This document shows, in pieces, positions 9,956 to 20,600 of a DNA stretch of 64,000 bases. This stretch comes from Candidatus Binatia bacterium (GTDB lineage Bacteria; Desulfobacterota; Binatia; UBA9968; JAJDTQ01): positions 3,360,001 to 3,424,000 of the forward strand of contig OY762897.2 of the NCBI GenBank assembly GCA_963666515.2, read 5' to 3'. Position 1 is the stretch's first letter, and the number at the start of each line of letters is the position of its first letter. Under the pieces are notes generated by a model. The model was not told the origin of the DNA, did no database searches, and saw nothing but the letters and a program-made list of their open reading frames with translations. Made by a program: the position numbers and the translations under genes.

Positions 9956-10654
9956 TCAGTCCAGCAGCGCCACCACCCGGGCCGGGGCGGACTCGGTCTT
10001 CCACTTGGCCGGGAGCGCGATGATTTTGGCGGTGGGGCCGATCTGGTCCAGGTTGATGAGGTTCTCGATCTGGCAGGTCACCTTGGGCAGGATCGTGCGG
10101 TGCACGGTCATGCCGCTGCCCAGGATCTCGTCGGCGTGCTGGTAGTCCGAGCCCTTCTCCTCCTGGGCGAAGTCGTAGCCGATGACCGCGGGCTGCTTGT
10201 CCACGACCCACTGGGCCGCCTCCCGGGAGAGGAACGGCGAGTCGTTCCACCAGGAGGGATCGGTGGTCCGGTGCCCCTTGGGCCAGTCGGTGCGCAGCAG
10301 CAGGATGCCGCCGGGCTCGATCGCCACCCCCTGCTCGGCCAGCGCCGCCTCGGCCCGTTCCATGTCCTCCGGCGTGATGCGCGCGCCGGGCTGGCAACGG
10401 AAAGACAGGTCCAGGACCACCGCCGTGCCTATCAGCGGCTCCAGCGGAAGCTGCTCCACCGACGGCTTGTCGCGGAAGAAGTGGTGCGGCGAATCGATGT
10501 GCGTGCCCGCGTGAACGGTCAGCTCCACGAGGTTGGAGACGAACCCCTTGTCCTCCCAGTCGATGATGGGCTTGATCCTGAAGTAGGTCTCGTCGGGGGC
10601 GAACGGAGCCGAGTCGCACTCCTCTACGGTCATGCTGAGATCGACGATACGCAT
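9956..10654 (-). CDS. Cyclase family metal-dependent hydrolase (kynurenine formamidase-like)
   Basis: MRIVDLS, HAGTHIDSPHH (HxGTHxDxPxH), LLRTDW, IENLINL, SAPARVVA. Confidence 0.88.
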   Translation of the reverse strand: MRIVDLSMTVEECDSAPFAPDETYFRIKPIIDWEDKGFVSNLVELTVHAGTHIDSPHHFFRDKPSVEQLPLEPLIGTAVVLDLSFRCQPGARITPEDMERAEAALAEQGVAIEPGGILLLRTDWPKGHRTTDPSWWNDSPFLSREAAQWVVDKQPAVIGYDFAQEEKGSDYQHADEILGSGMTVHRTILPKVTCQIENLINLDQIGPTAKIIALPAKWKTESAPARVVALLD

Positions 10655-10789
10655 GGAAAAGGCTCCTTTCCGCAAGACAAACGGCTCGCGTCCTTATATC
10701 ATTGCACGGCGTCCGAAAGTCAACGCGCGGTGAGCCGTCCGGCGTCCTCCGGCGGACCCCCGGCAACACACATCGAAGGAGGCGACAGC

Positions 10790-11077
10790 ATGATCTACGA
10801 AGTGAGGATGCAGACGGTGGACCCCGACAGGCGCAGCGAGTACGTGCAGGCATACAAGGAAGCCATCCAGTCCAGCAAGGAAGCGGGATGCCACGGCGGG
10901 CTGATCATGTGCAGCGACGACGATCCCTCCAGAGTCATGGTCCTGCTCCACTGGCCGACCCGCGAGCACCACGAACGCTGGCGCGGCACGCCGACCCACG
11001 TGAAGTTCCGCCAGACCATCGACCCCTGGCAGACCCAGCCCAGCGTCGGCGACTACTATGTGGCGGAGACCATATGA
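10790..11077 (+). CDS. Antibiotic biosynthesis monooxygenase (ABM)-like protein
   Basis: 95 aa after GAAGGAGG RBS; AGCHG...DDPSRVMVLLHWPTREHHERW pattern typical of ABM. Confidence 0.72.
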   Translation: MIYEVRMQTVDPDRRSEYVQAYKEAIQSSKEAGCHGGLIMCSDDDPSRVMVLLHWPTREHHERWRGTPTHVKFRQTIDPWQTQPSVGDYYVAETI

Positions 11078-11099
11078 TGTGCTGTCCATATCATATGAT
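11071..11099. promoter_or_regulatory. AT-rich inverted repeat / candidate operator or hairpin upstream of the hydantoinase B gene
   Basis: CATATGATGTG-CTGTC-CATATCATATG stem overlapping the perfect palindrome ATCATATGAT (11090-11099). Confidence 0.4.
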
Positions 11100-11117
11100 T
11101 GACCCCGGACATTGACC

Positions 11118-13418
11118 ATGGACGTCGATCCCATCCGCTACGAGATGTTTCTGCACCGCCTGTGGGCGGTGGGCGAGGAGGGGCGCTCCACCCTCCAGCG
11201 CGTCACCGCCTCGCCCATCGTGGCCCAGGGCGGCGAGGTCATGAGCTCGTTCTACGACGCCGAGGGCAAGATGGTGCTGGCCTGCTCCGGCCACCTGCGG
11301 TTCGCCGCCGCCACCTCGGACGCCATCAAGTACCTCATCGAGTGGTACGGCGAGTCGCCGGGGTTCCACGACGGCGACCAGCTCTTCTTCAACGACCCCT
11401 ACGTGGCCGGCTCCCACACCTACGACATGATGGTGATCAAGCCCATCTTCCTGGACGGGCGCCTGATCGCCTGGATCGCCACCAGCACCCACACCGCGGA
11501 CACCGGCGGGGTGCTGCGGGGCGCGGCCCTGGAGATCTTCCACGAGGGCATCCGTATCCTGGGGGTCAAGGTGGTGGAGCGGGGCGAGTTCCGCGAGGAC
11601 GTGTTCCGCACCCTCACCGAGCAGTGCCGGGACCCGCAGTACGTGGGGCTTGACATCAAGGCCATGATCGCGGGCAACAACGTGTGCGCTTCCCGCTACC
11701 TGAGTCTGGTGGAGAAGTTCGGCCTGGAGTTCATCGAGGCGGCGGGGGAGAAGACGCTGGCGGACGCCGAGGAGATGGCGCGCGCCAAGCTGCGCTCGCT
11801 GCCCGACGGCGTCTGGCGCTCGCGGGTCTACTACTCCGCGCGCGAGGCCGACCAGTCCGACGCCGACATCATCGCCGTCATCTGCGCCGTCACCAAGAAG
11901 GGTGACTCCCTGGACATCGACCTCGACGGCACCAGCCCCCAGACCTCCGGGGACACCAACTCGACCCTGCCGAGCACGGTGGCGCACCTGAACATCGCGC
12001 TCACCAACCAGCTCTTCTGGGACGTCCCGTGGAACGACGGCAAGCTGGCGCCCATCCGCATGAGGGTGCCCGAAGGCTCGGTGCTGAACTGCACCTTCCC
12101 CGCGGCCTGCGGCTTGGCGCCCATGATCGGCGGCATGTTCGTGGCCGCGGTCAGCGAGTGCCTGGCCAAGATGCTCTATGCCGCCGGACGGAAGGACGAC
12201 GTAAACGCCGGCTGGTTCGGCGCCTGGTACTCGGGCGGCCCGGGCTTCATGTACGGCGGCCACAACCGGGAGGGGCTGGCCAACGCCCAGGGGCTCTACG
12301 ACGTGCACGGCGGCGGCCTCGGCGCCACCCCGGACCGGGACGGCGTGAACACCGGCGGCCACATGAACATCCCGTCCGGCGGCATCTCCGACATCGAGCG
12401 CATCGAGATGCAGTACCCGTTCATCTACCTGGCGCGCAGGCACGTGAAGGACGGCTCGGGCTTCGGCAAGCATCGCGGCGGCTACGGCAGCGAGCGGCTG
12501 CTGTTCGTCTACGGCTCCGCCGACGTTTCCGCCAACTACCGCCCCTACGGCGCGGTGCCCAACGGCTTCGGGCTGTTCGGCGGCTATCCCGCGGGCTTCG
12601 GCGGCAACCGGGCGCTTTACCGCACCGAGGGCCTGCTGGAGCGCCTGCGCGAGGGCGCCTACCCCACGGGCGCCGACGAGCTGCAGGGCCTGGACTGGTG
12701 CCGGCTGGACCTGCCCGAGGGCTTCCGGCCGCGGGTGCCGATCCCCGAGATGACCTTCGTCACCGACGTCACCCAGAGCGGCGGCGGGTTCGGCGACCCG
12801 CTGGAGCGGGACCCCGCGCAGGTGGAGCGTGACGTCCGCACCGGCCGTACCAGCGCCGACGTAGCCGACCGGATCTACGGCGTCAGGCTCGACGGCGACG
12901 GCCGGGTGGACGCCGCCGCCACCGCGGAGCGGCGGGAGGAACTGCGGGCCGAGCGGCTGGCCCGGGGGTCCCGTCCCGCCGGCGACGCCGGTGACGGCAG
13001 CGCCAAGGGCCTCGCCGGTGCCTCGATTTCCGCAATCGACCCAGGCGCTCCGGCCGTCGCGGCCGGCGCCCGCGCAACCGGCGCGGAGGTCATTCTGCAC
13101 GTGCACGAGTACCTCGATCTGGTCAGGGCCGGAGGCCGCCTCGTGGTGTGCTGCCGCAAGTGCGCCCGCGTGTTCTGCGACGGCGGGGAGAACTACAAGC
13201 GCGGCGCCGTCGAGATCACCATGGACCTGGAAGAAGTGGCCGGCCAGCGCGTCCCCTCCGGCGAGCCCTATCGCGGCGTGCTGCTGGGCTATGTCTGTCC
13301 CGGTTGTGCCACGCTGCTGCAGGTCGACGTCTTCTGCCCCACCCGCGACGACCAGCGGCCCCTCTGGGACATCCAGCTCGACTGCTCGACGTTCGCGTCG
13401 AGTCCCCCCAATTTGTGA
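11118..13418 (+). CDS. Hydantoinase B/oxoprolinase family protein with C-terminal acetone carboxylase gamma-like domain
   Basis: DPIRYE, NDPYVAGSHTYD, HTADTGG, EIFHEGI, GGGFGDPLERDP; C-terminal HEYL...CRKC...NYK...CPGCATLL. Confidence 0.85.
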   Translation: MDVDPIRYEMFLHRLWAVGEEGRSTLQRVTASPIVAQGGEVMSSFYDAEGKMVLACSGHLRFAAATSDAIKYLIEWYGESPGFHDGDQLFFNDPYVAGSHTYDMMVIKPIFLDGRLIAWIATSTHTADTGGVLRGAALEIFHEGIRILGVKVVERGEFREDVFRTLTEQCRDPQYVGLDIKAMIAGNNVCASRYLSLVEKFGLEFIEAAGEKTLADAEEMARAKLRSLPDGVWRSRVYYSAREADQSDADIIAVICAVTKKGDSLDIDLDGTSPQTSGDTNSTLPSTVAHLNIALTNQLFWDVPWNDGKLAPIRMRVPEGSVLNCTFPAACGLAPMIGGMFVAAVSECLAKMLYAAGRKDDVNAGWFGAWYSGGPGFMYGGHNREGLANAQGLYDVHGGGLGATPDRDGVNTGGHMNIPSGGISDIERIEMQYPFIYLARRHVKDGSGFGKHRGGYGSERLLFVYGSADVSANYRPYGAVPNGFGLFGGYPAGFGGNRALYRTEGLLERLREGAYPTGADELQGLDWCRLDLPEGFRPRVPIPEMTFVTDVTQSGGGFGDPLERDPAQVERDVRTGRTSADVADRIYGVRLDGDGRVDAAATAERREELRAERLARGSRPAGDAGDGSAKGLAGASISAIDPGAPAVAAGARATGAEVILHVHEYLDLVRAGGRLVVCCRKCARVFCDGGENYKRGAVEITMDLEEVAGQRVPSGEPYRGVLLGYVCPGCATLLQVDVFCPTRDDQRPLWDIQLDCSTFASSPPNL

Positions 13419-13451
13419 GACAGTTGCGAACTCCGTAAGGGAAACCCATCC

Positions 13452-15044
13452 ATGCACCGAATCATCAGCTCGCTGGCCGGAGCGCTCTTCATCGTCCTGG
13501 CCTTCGCCGCGCCGGTCCAGGCGGAGACGCTGCGGGACACGCTGGTCATGGCCAGGGACCTGGGCGACCTCATCACCCTGGATCCCGCCGAATCGTTCGA
13601 GATCTCCACCGGCGAGATCATCGCCAACATCTACGACCGGATCATGATGTTTGAGCCGGAAGACATGCGCCAGCTTGCCGGCGGCGTGACCGAGAGCCAC
13701 GAGGTGAGCGGCGACGGCAAGACCATCACCTTCCGGATACGAGACGGCCTGCGCTTCCATTCCGGCAATCCGGTGCGCCCGGAGGACGTCGAATTCTCCA
13801 TCGAGCGCGCCGTGAAGCTGGCCAAGACGCCTGCCTTCATCTTCACCCAGCTCGGCTGGAACGACGACAACGTGGAGGAACTGATCGAAGTGGTGGACGG
13901 CCGGCACGTCCGCATCACCGTCGTCGAGGGGTTCTCCCCGGTGCTGGTGCTGAACACGCTCTCCGCCGGCATCGCCTCGGTGGTCGACAAGGAACTCGTG
14001 CTCGCCCACGAGAAAGACGGCGACCTCGGCAACGGGTGGCTCAGGGCCAACAGCGCCGGCTCCGGCCCGTTCAGGCTGTACCGCTGGAAGGCCGGCGAGA
14101 CCGTGGTCCTGGACGCCAATCCCGGCTACCGCCACGGCGCGCCCGGGGTGAACCGCGTCATCCTGCGCCACGTGCCGGAGCCGGCCGCGCAGCGGCGGCT
14201 GCTCGAGAACGGCGACGTCGACATGGCGCGCAACCTCACGCCCGAACTAGTCCGGGAGATCGAGGGCCGCGCGGACCTCGCCGTCGACGGCCATCCCAAG
14301 GGCACCATCATCTACCTCGCGGCCAACGCGTCACATCCCGTCCTCGGCAAGACCCGGGTCGTGCAGGCGTTGCGTCACGCGGCGGACTACCACGGCATGG
14401 CGGATTCGTTCCTCGCCGGCCAGTTCGTGGTGCACCAGGCGTTCTGGCCGCGTGGCCTGTGGGCGGCCCACACCGGGACGCCATACCGGCTCGACCTGGC
14501 CAAGGCGAAGTCGCTGCTCGCGGCCGCGGGCCATGCCGGCGGTTTCGAGGTGCGCATCGACACGCTCACCAACCCGCCGTTCCCGGAGATCGCCCGGTCG
14601 CTGCAGGCCACTTTCGCCCAGGTGGGCATCAAGGCTCGAATCGTGACACAGGAGGGCAGGACGCTCTGGCCGAAGTACCGCACGCGCGGGCATGAGCTGA
14701 TCCTGGCGCCGTGGTCGCCGGACTACGTGGACCCGCATTCCAACGCGGGGGCCTTTGCGCACAACCCGGACAATCGGGTCGAGGCCAATCTCGCCGGCGT
14801 GGTCGCGTGGCGCAACGCGTGGGCGCGCGACGACATCAACGCAATGGCGGTGGCGGCGCGCGACGAGCGGGACCCGGAGAGGCGCGCGCAACTCTACGTG
14901 GACCTCCAGAAGCGCCTTCAAGTCGAAGGACCGTACGTGATCCTGTTCCAGCAGAACGAACAGGTCGCGCGCCGCACGAACGTCGCGGGCTTCGTCTCCG
15001 GTTCGAACTTCGACCTGGTCTACTACCGCAACGTAACCAAGTAG
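13452..15044 (+). CDS. ABC transporter substrate-binding protein, family 5 (peptide/nickel type)
   Basis: Signal peptide, TLDPAESFE, FHSGNPV, AGSGPF, WSPDYVDPH; no permease or ATPase adjacent. Confidence 0.9.
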   Translation: MHRIISSLAGALFIVLAFAAPVQAETLRDTLVMARDLGDLITLDPAESFEISTGEIIANIYDRIMMFEPEDMRQLAGGVTESHEVSGDGKTITFRIRDGLRFHSGNPVRPEDVEFSIERAVKLAKTPAFIFTQLGWNDDNVEELIEVVDGRHVRITVVEGFSPVLVLNTLSAGIASVVDKELVLAHEKDGDLGNGWLRANSAGSGPFRLYRWKAGETVVLDANPGYRHGAPGVNRVILRHVPEPAAQRRLLENGDVDMARNLTPELVREIEGRADLAVDGHPKGTIIYLAANASHPVLGKTRVVQALRHAADYHGMADSFLAGQFVVHQAFWPRGLWAAHTGTPYRLDLAKAKSLLAAAGHAGGFEVRIDTLTNPPFPEIARSLQATFAQVGIKARIVTQEGRTLWPKYRTRGHELILAPWSPDYVDPHSNAGAFAHNPDNRVEANLAGVVAWRNAWARDDINAMAVAARDERDPERRAQLYVDLQKRLQVEGPYVILFQQNEQVARRTNVAGFVSGSNFDLVYYRNVTK

Positions 15045-15123
15045 AGCCGGGGATTTTGCAAAGAACGGCGCTCCTGTGATAACCCCGGCTGGAGTGCCAG
15101 CAAGTCTACCACGGAGGTGAACC

Positions 15124-16137
15124 ATGCAGAGAAGAACGAGTTTGCGAAGGTCCTTTGCGATGTCGGCCGCGGCTTCGGCGGCGATGCTCCTGTGCCTGAT
15201 CGTGGGCTCCAACGCCGGCGCCCAGAAGCTGCCGGGCAAGATCACCTGGATCGTTCCCTTCGGGCTTGGGGGCGGCACCGGGACGTCGGCGCTGCTGCTG
15301 GCTCCGAAGCTTCAGAAGACGCTCGAAGGCAACGGCGTCAAGGAAGTCAAGGTGGTGAGCCTGCCGGGGGCCGGCGGCACCGTGGGGACGAAGCGGCTCT
15401 ACGGCTCGCCGGCGGACGGGAGCGTCATCGGCAGCATGCTGCCGGCGGGCGGACTGGCGCAGTCGGCGACACGGGACGTGGGCTTCGACCTGTCCAAGTT
15501 CACCTACCTGGCCAAGATTACCACCGCTCCCCGTTTCCTGTTCGTCAAGGGGGACTCCCCCATCAAGTCGCTTGACGACCTCATCGCGGAAGGAAAGAAG
15601 CGGCCCCTGAAGTTCTCCTCCGCGGGCGCGGCGTCGGCCGGATCCTTCGTGCTGGCCAACCTCATCGACAAGACCGGCATCAAGGTGAAGGACGTCACCG
15701 GGTACAAGAGCGGACGCTCGCTGGTGGTGGCGGTGGCGCGCGGCGACGTGGACACCACCATCAAGACCACCGGCGGGGTGATCACCTTCATCAAGTCCGG
15801 CGAGGTCCGAGGCCTGGTGCAGCTCTCCTCGGAGAAGGACAAGGACCCGTTCTTCCCGGACGTGCCTTCGGCCGAAGCCCTGGGACGCAAGGACCTCATG
15901 GCGGGCGGCATCCTGTACATTCTCACGGCCGCGCCCCCCAAGGTGCCGCAGGCCGTGGCGGACGTGCTGAGCAACGCCATGCACCAGGTCATCTCGGAGT
16001 CCAAGGCGGAGTTGGAGAGCAAGGCCCAGGTCATCCACTCGCCCGCCACCGGGAAAGAGACGGCCATGCTCGTCAACAACCTGATCAAGGACTACGCGAA
16101 CCTGATCGCGCTCTACAAGGCGCAGCAGAAGAAGTAG
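15124..16137 (+). CDS. tctC: Tripartite tricarboxylate transporter substrate-binding protein (TctC/Bug)
   Basis: Signal peptide, WIVPFGLGGGT, PGAGG, SPADG; upstream of tctA. Confidence 0.8.
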   Translation: MQRRTSLRRSFAMSAAASAAMLLCLIVGSNAGAQKLPGKITWIVPFGLGGGTGTSALLLAPKLQKTLEGNGVKEVKVVSLPGAGGTVGTKRLYGSPADGSVIGSMLPAGGLAQSATRDVGFDLSKFTYLAKITTAPRFLFVKGDSPIKSLDDLIAEGKKRPLKFSSAGAASAGSFVLANLIDKTGIKVKDVTGYKSGRSLVVAVARGDVDTTIKTTGGVITFIKSGEVRGLVQLSSEKDKDPFFPDVPSAEALGRKDLMAGGILYILTAAPPKVPQAVADVLSNAMHQVISESKAELESKAQVIHSPATGKETAMLVNNLIKDYANLIALYKAQQKK

Positions 16138-16177
16138 GTTCGCAGCCTCGCGGGCAACGCGCCGGAAGAGATGCTCC

Positions 16178-17692
16178 GTGATTGAGGCCATCGGTGAAGC
16201 GCTGCTGAACGTTTTCGGGTTCCCGAACGTTCTGGTGGTGCTTCTCGGCGTCACGGTGAGCATGCTGTTCGGCGCCCTGCCCGGCCTGGGCGGCATCGTC
16301 ATCCTGACCCTGGCGCTGCCCATCATCATGGCGATGGAGACGCAACTGGCCATGATGGTCTTCGCCGCTTCCATCGGCGGCATCACCTTCGGCGGCTCCA
16401 TCTCCGCCATCCTGCTCAACGTGCCCGGCACCGTCGCCAACATCGCCACGGTCTTCGACGGCCACCCGCTGGCCCGGCAGGGACGCGCCGGATATGCCCT
16501 GGCCATCTCCGCCACGGCGTCTGCCCTGGGGTCGGTGTTCGGCTACGTGATCTTTCTGGTGCTGCTCCCGGTGGTGCGCTCCATCGTCTTTTCCTTCGGC
16601 CCCCCGGAGTTCTTTCTCATGGCGCTGCTGGGCATCAGCATGATCGCGTCGCTGACTCAGAAGGAGCCGGTCAAGGGGCTCATCTCCGCGGGGTTGGGAT
16701 TCCTGGTGGCCTTCATCGGATATTCTCCCATCACCGGGGACGTGAGGTACGCGTTCGACCTGGACTATCTCTGGGACGGGGTCCACACGGGCGTCATCGC
16801 CATCGGCATCTTCGCCGTTTCCGAGATGTTCTTCCTCGCGGTGAAGGGAGAGGAGCTGGTCCAGGACACCGACGTGGTGCGGCCCACGCTGAGGGACGTG
16901 CTGGACGGTGTCCGATTCGTGCTCGCCAACTTCTTCCTGCTGGTCCGGAGCGCGGTCATCGGCTGCGTGGTGGGCATCATCCCCGGCGTCGGCGCCAACG
17001 TCGCAGCCTTTCTGGCCTATGCCCAGGCGCAGGCGACCTCCAGGAACCGCGCCAACTTCGGCCGCGGCGCACCCGAGGGCGTGCTCGCGCCGGAGGCTTC
17101 CAACGACGCCAAGGACGGCGGCGCGCTGCTGCCCACGGTGGCCTTCGGCATCCCCGGGAGCGCGCCCCACGCCATCCTGCTGGTGGGGCTGCTGCTGCTC
17201 GGATTGAACCCGGGCAAGGAGCTGCTGACCACGCACCAGGCCACGGTCTTCACCCTGGTGCTGGCGCTGATCGCCGCCAACGTGTGGACCTCCATCCTGG
17301 GGCTCCTGTTCGCCAACCAGCTCGTCAAGATCACGCGCATCCGGGTCACGCTGATCATCCCCATCGTGCTGGTCATCAGCTTCGTCGGCGCCTTCGTGCT
17401 GCGGAACAATCTGCTGGACGCGTTCGCCGTGCTGGTGTTCGGGTTCATCGGCTACGGCATGAAGAAGTACAGCTACTCCTTCATCACCTTCATCCTCGCC
17501 TACGTGCTGGGAGAGATCGCCGAGGTGTCGCTGTTCCAGACGCTGCTGATATCGGACACGGGGTTCCTGATCTTCGTCACCCGCCCCATATCGCTGGTGC
17601 TGACCCTGCTCATCCTCGCGGCCCTGGGCCTTCCGCTGGTGGCGCCGATCAGGCGGGCGTGGGCGCAGCGTCAACAACCGGACACCCCTTAG
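16178..17692 (+). CDS. tctA: Tripartite tricarboxylate transporter large permease TctA
   Basis: GALPGLG, GGSISAILLNVPG, FDGHPLA, PEASNDA, FGIPGS. Confidence 0.92.
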   Translation: MIEAIGEALLNVFGFPNVLVVLLGVTVSMLFGALPGLGGIVILTLALPIIMAMETQLAMMVFAASIGGITFGGSISAILLNVPGTVANIATVFDGHPLARQGRAGYALAISATASALGSVFGYVIFLVLLPVVRSIVFSFGPPEFFLMALLGISMIASLTQKEPVKGLISAGLGFLVAFIGYSPITGDVRYAFDLDYLWDGVHTGVIAIGIFAVSEMFFLAVKGEELVQDTDVVRPTLRDVLDGVRFVLANFFLLVRSAVIGCVVGIIPGVGANVAAFLAYAQAQATSRNRANFGRGAPEGVLAPEASNDAKDGGALLPTVAFGIPGSAPHAILLVGLLLLGLNPGKELLTTHQATVFTLVLALIAANVWTSILGLLFANQLVKITRIRVTLIIPIVLVISFVGAFVLRNNLLDAFAVLVFGFIGYGMKKYSYSFITFILAYVLGEIAEVSLFQTLLISDTGFLIFVTRPISLVLTLLILAALGLPLVAPIRRAWAQRQQPDTP

Positions 17693-17698
17693 CCCCCC

Positions 17699-20600
17699 AT
17701 GACCTTCTACGCCGACCTGCACGTCCACTCCCGGTTCTCCCGCGCCACCAGCCGGAACCTGGACCTGGAGCACTTGGCCGTCTGGGCTCGCAAGAAGGGC
17801 ATCGGCGTGGTGGGCACCGGCGACTTCACCCATCCGGCGTGGCGGGCCGAGTTGAAGGAGCAGCTCGTGCCGGCGGAGCCCGGGCTGTTCCGGTTGCGCG
17901 CCGACCTGGAGCGGGCGGTCGAGCGGCAGCTTCCGCCGGCCTGCGCCGGCGGCCTCGCCGCGGTGCGGTTCATGCTGTCGGTGGAGATCTCCACCATCTA
18001 CAAGAAGGGCGACAAGACCCGGAAGATACACCACCTGGTCTACTGTCCGGACTTCGACTCGGCCGACCGGCTGGTGGCCGCCCTCTCCCGCATCGGCAAC
18101 CTGCACTCGGACGGGCGGCCGATCCTGGGGCTGGACTCCCGGCACCTGCTGGAGATGACGCTGGAGTCGGGTCCGGGCTCGTACCTGGTGCCGGCGCACG
18201 TGTGGACCCCGTGGTTCGCCGCGCTGGGCTCCAAGTCCGGCTTCGACGCCGTGGACGACTGCTACGGGGACTTGGCGCCGCACATCTTCGCGGTGGAGAC
18301 GGGGCTCTCGTCCGACCCGCCCATGAACTGGCGGGTGTCGTCCCTGGACCGCTTCCGGCTCATGTCCAACTCCGACGCCCACTCGCCCGAGAAGCTGGGG
18401 CGGGAGGTGTGCGTCTTCCACACCGAGATGGACTACTTTGCGTTGCGCCGGGCGCTGGAGACGGGCGAGGGCTATGGCGGCACCCTGGAGTTCTTTCCGG
18501 AAGAGGGCAAGTACCATCTCGACGGCCACCGCAACTGCAACGTCCGCCTGGAGCCGGACGAGACCCGCGGGCTCGACGGCCGCTGCCCGGCCTGCGGCAA
18601 GCCGCTGACCGTGGGGGTGATGCACCGGGTGGAGGACCTGGCCGACCGGGCTCACGACGAGGCGCCGCCGGACACCGCGGGGGACACCCGCGGGCTGATC
18701 CCGCTGCCGGAAATCCTGGGTGAGATCCACCGCGTGGGCCCCAAGAGCAAGCGGGTCGCGCAGGACTACGAAGGGCTGCTGGCGCGGCTCGGACCGGAGC
18801 TGCAACTCCTGAACAGCGTGCCGCTGGAAGACATCGGTCCGGTCGCGCCGTCGCTGGTGGCCGAGGCGGTGGCGCGTCTGCGGCGGCGGGAAGTGATCCG
18901 GGAGGCCGGCTACGACGGCGTGTACGGCACCATCCGCCTGTTCCGGGACGCCGAGCTGGAGCGGCGGAGCCGGGGGGCGTCGCTGTTCGGGGAGGAGACC
19001 GCGGGATCGGCGACGGCTCAGGCCGCTCCGAGTGGGATGGATTCCGGCCAGGAGATCCCCCGTCCCGGAGTCGAAGCGCCGGAACGGGCCGCTCGGGCGC
19101 ATGAACCGGCGGCGGACGATCCCGCGATTGCGCGCCGGGAGCCGCTCGATCCCGGTTCCGCACCCGCACCCCACCCGGCTGATGAGCGCCGGGACGGCGG
19201 CTCACCGGGACAACTGTCGCTCCCCGCCGACCTGTCCCCCGGCGGCCGCGATCTCCTGGCCGGCCTGGACGCGGATCAGCGACGCGCGGCGGAGATCGTC
19301 GACGGACCCTTGCTGATCGTAGCCGGTCCCGGATCGGGGAAGACCCGGACCCTGACCCGCCGCATCGCCCACCTCGTCACGAACCACGGCGCGTCCCCGT
19401 CCGGCTGTCTTGCCGTCACCTTCACCCGCCGGGCCGCGGACGAGATGCGGAGCCGTCTGCGTGAGCTCCTGCCGGACGCATGGGCCGACATCCCGCTGCA
19501 CACCTTCCATTCCCTAGGCTTGGACATCCTCCGGGAGCACTGGAACGCCGCGGGGTTGCAACGGGGTTTCCGGGTTGCCTCGGAGGCCGAGCGGCTTCGG
19601 CTGCTGCGGGACGCGCTGGGGATCTCCGAGCGGCAGGCCCGCGCGCGCCAGTCGGCCATCTCCCAGGGCAAGCGGACCGGCGCGCCGTCCGCGGACGAGA
19701 AGCTCGCGCAGGCGTGGGAGGCCTACCGGCACGAGATGGAAACACGCAACTGGTGCGACTTCGACGACCTGGTCATCCGGGCTGCGGATGCCCTGGAACG
19801 CGACCCCGGAGTCCGCGAACAGGTGCGGCAACGGTATCCGTGGGTCTGCATCGACGAGTACCAGGACGTGGACGAGCAGCAGGTCCGGTTGATCAGGCAG
19901 ATCGTCCCTCCCGACGGGAACATCTGCGCCATCGGCGACCCCGACCAAGCCATCTACGGCTTCCGGGGCGCAGACCGCCGGTTCTTCTCCGAGTTTACCG
20001 AACACTTTCCGGGCGCCCATGTGGTGCGGCTCAGCCGCAACTATCGCTCCAACTCCAACATCGTCACCCTCTCCTCGCAGGTCATGGCCGTAGCGGCCTC
20101 GGCCGGACCTTCCATCCCGGTGCTCGACGACGACCCCGACCGCGTCACCCTGCACGAAGCCCCGAGCGAGAAGGCCGAGGCCGAGTTCATCGTGCAGTCC
20201 CTGGAGCAGGCGCTGGGCGGCCACAGCTTCTTCTCCATCGACAGCGGCCGATCGACCGAGGCCCTGGGCCACGATCTCTCGTTCTCCGATTTTGCAGTAC
20301 TCTACCGCACCGAGGCCCAGGCCGCGGCACTGGTGGAGGCGCTCCAGCGCTCCGGCATGCCCTGCCAGCAGCGCTCCCACAACCCGCTGCTGGATCATCC
20401 CGGCGTCGCCGCACTGGTGGAGGCATTGGGCCGCGCCCCGGACACCGGCTCGGTGCGCAGGCGCCTCGAAGCCGCCGGCATGGACGGCGAACCGCCGGAA
20501 GCCTGCGAGCTGCTGAAACCGCTGGCCGACGCCTGCGGCGACGACCTGGAGCGCTTCCTTTCCGAACTGGCCCTGGGCAGCCAGGTGGACACCTGGGACC

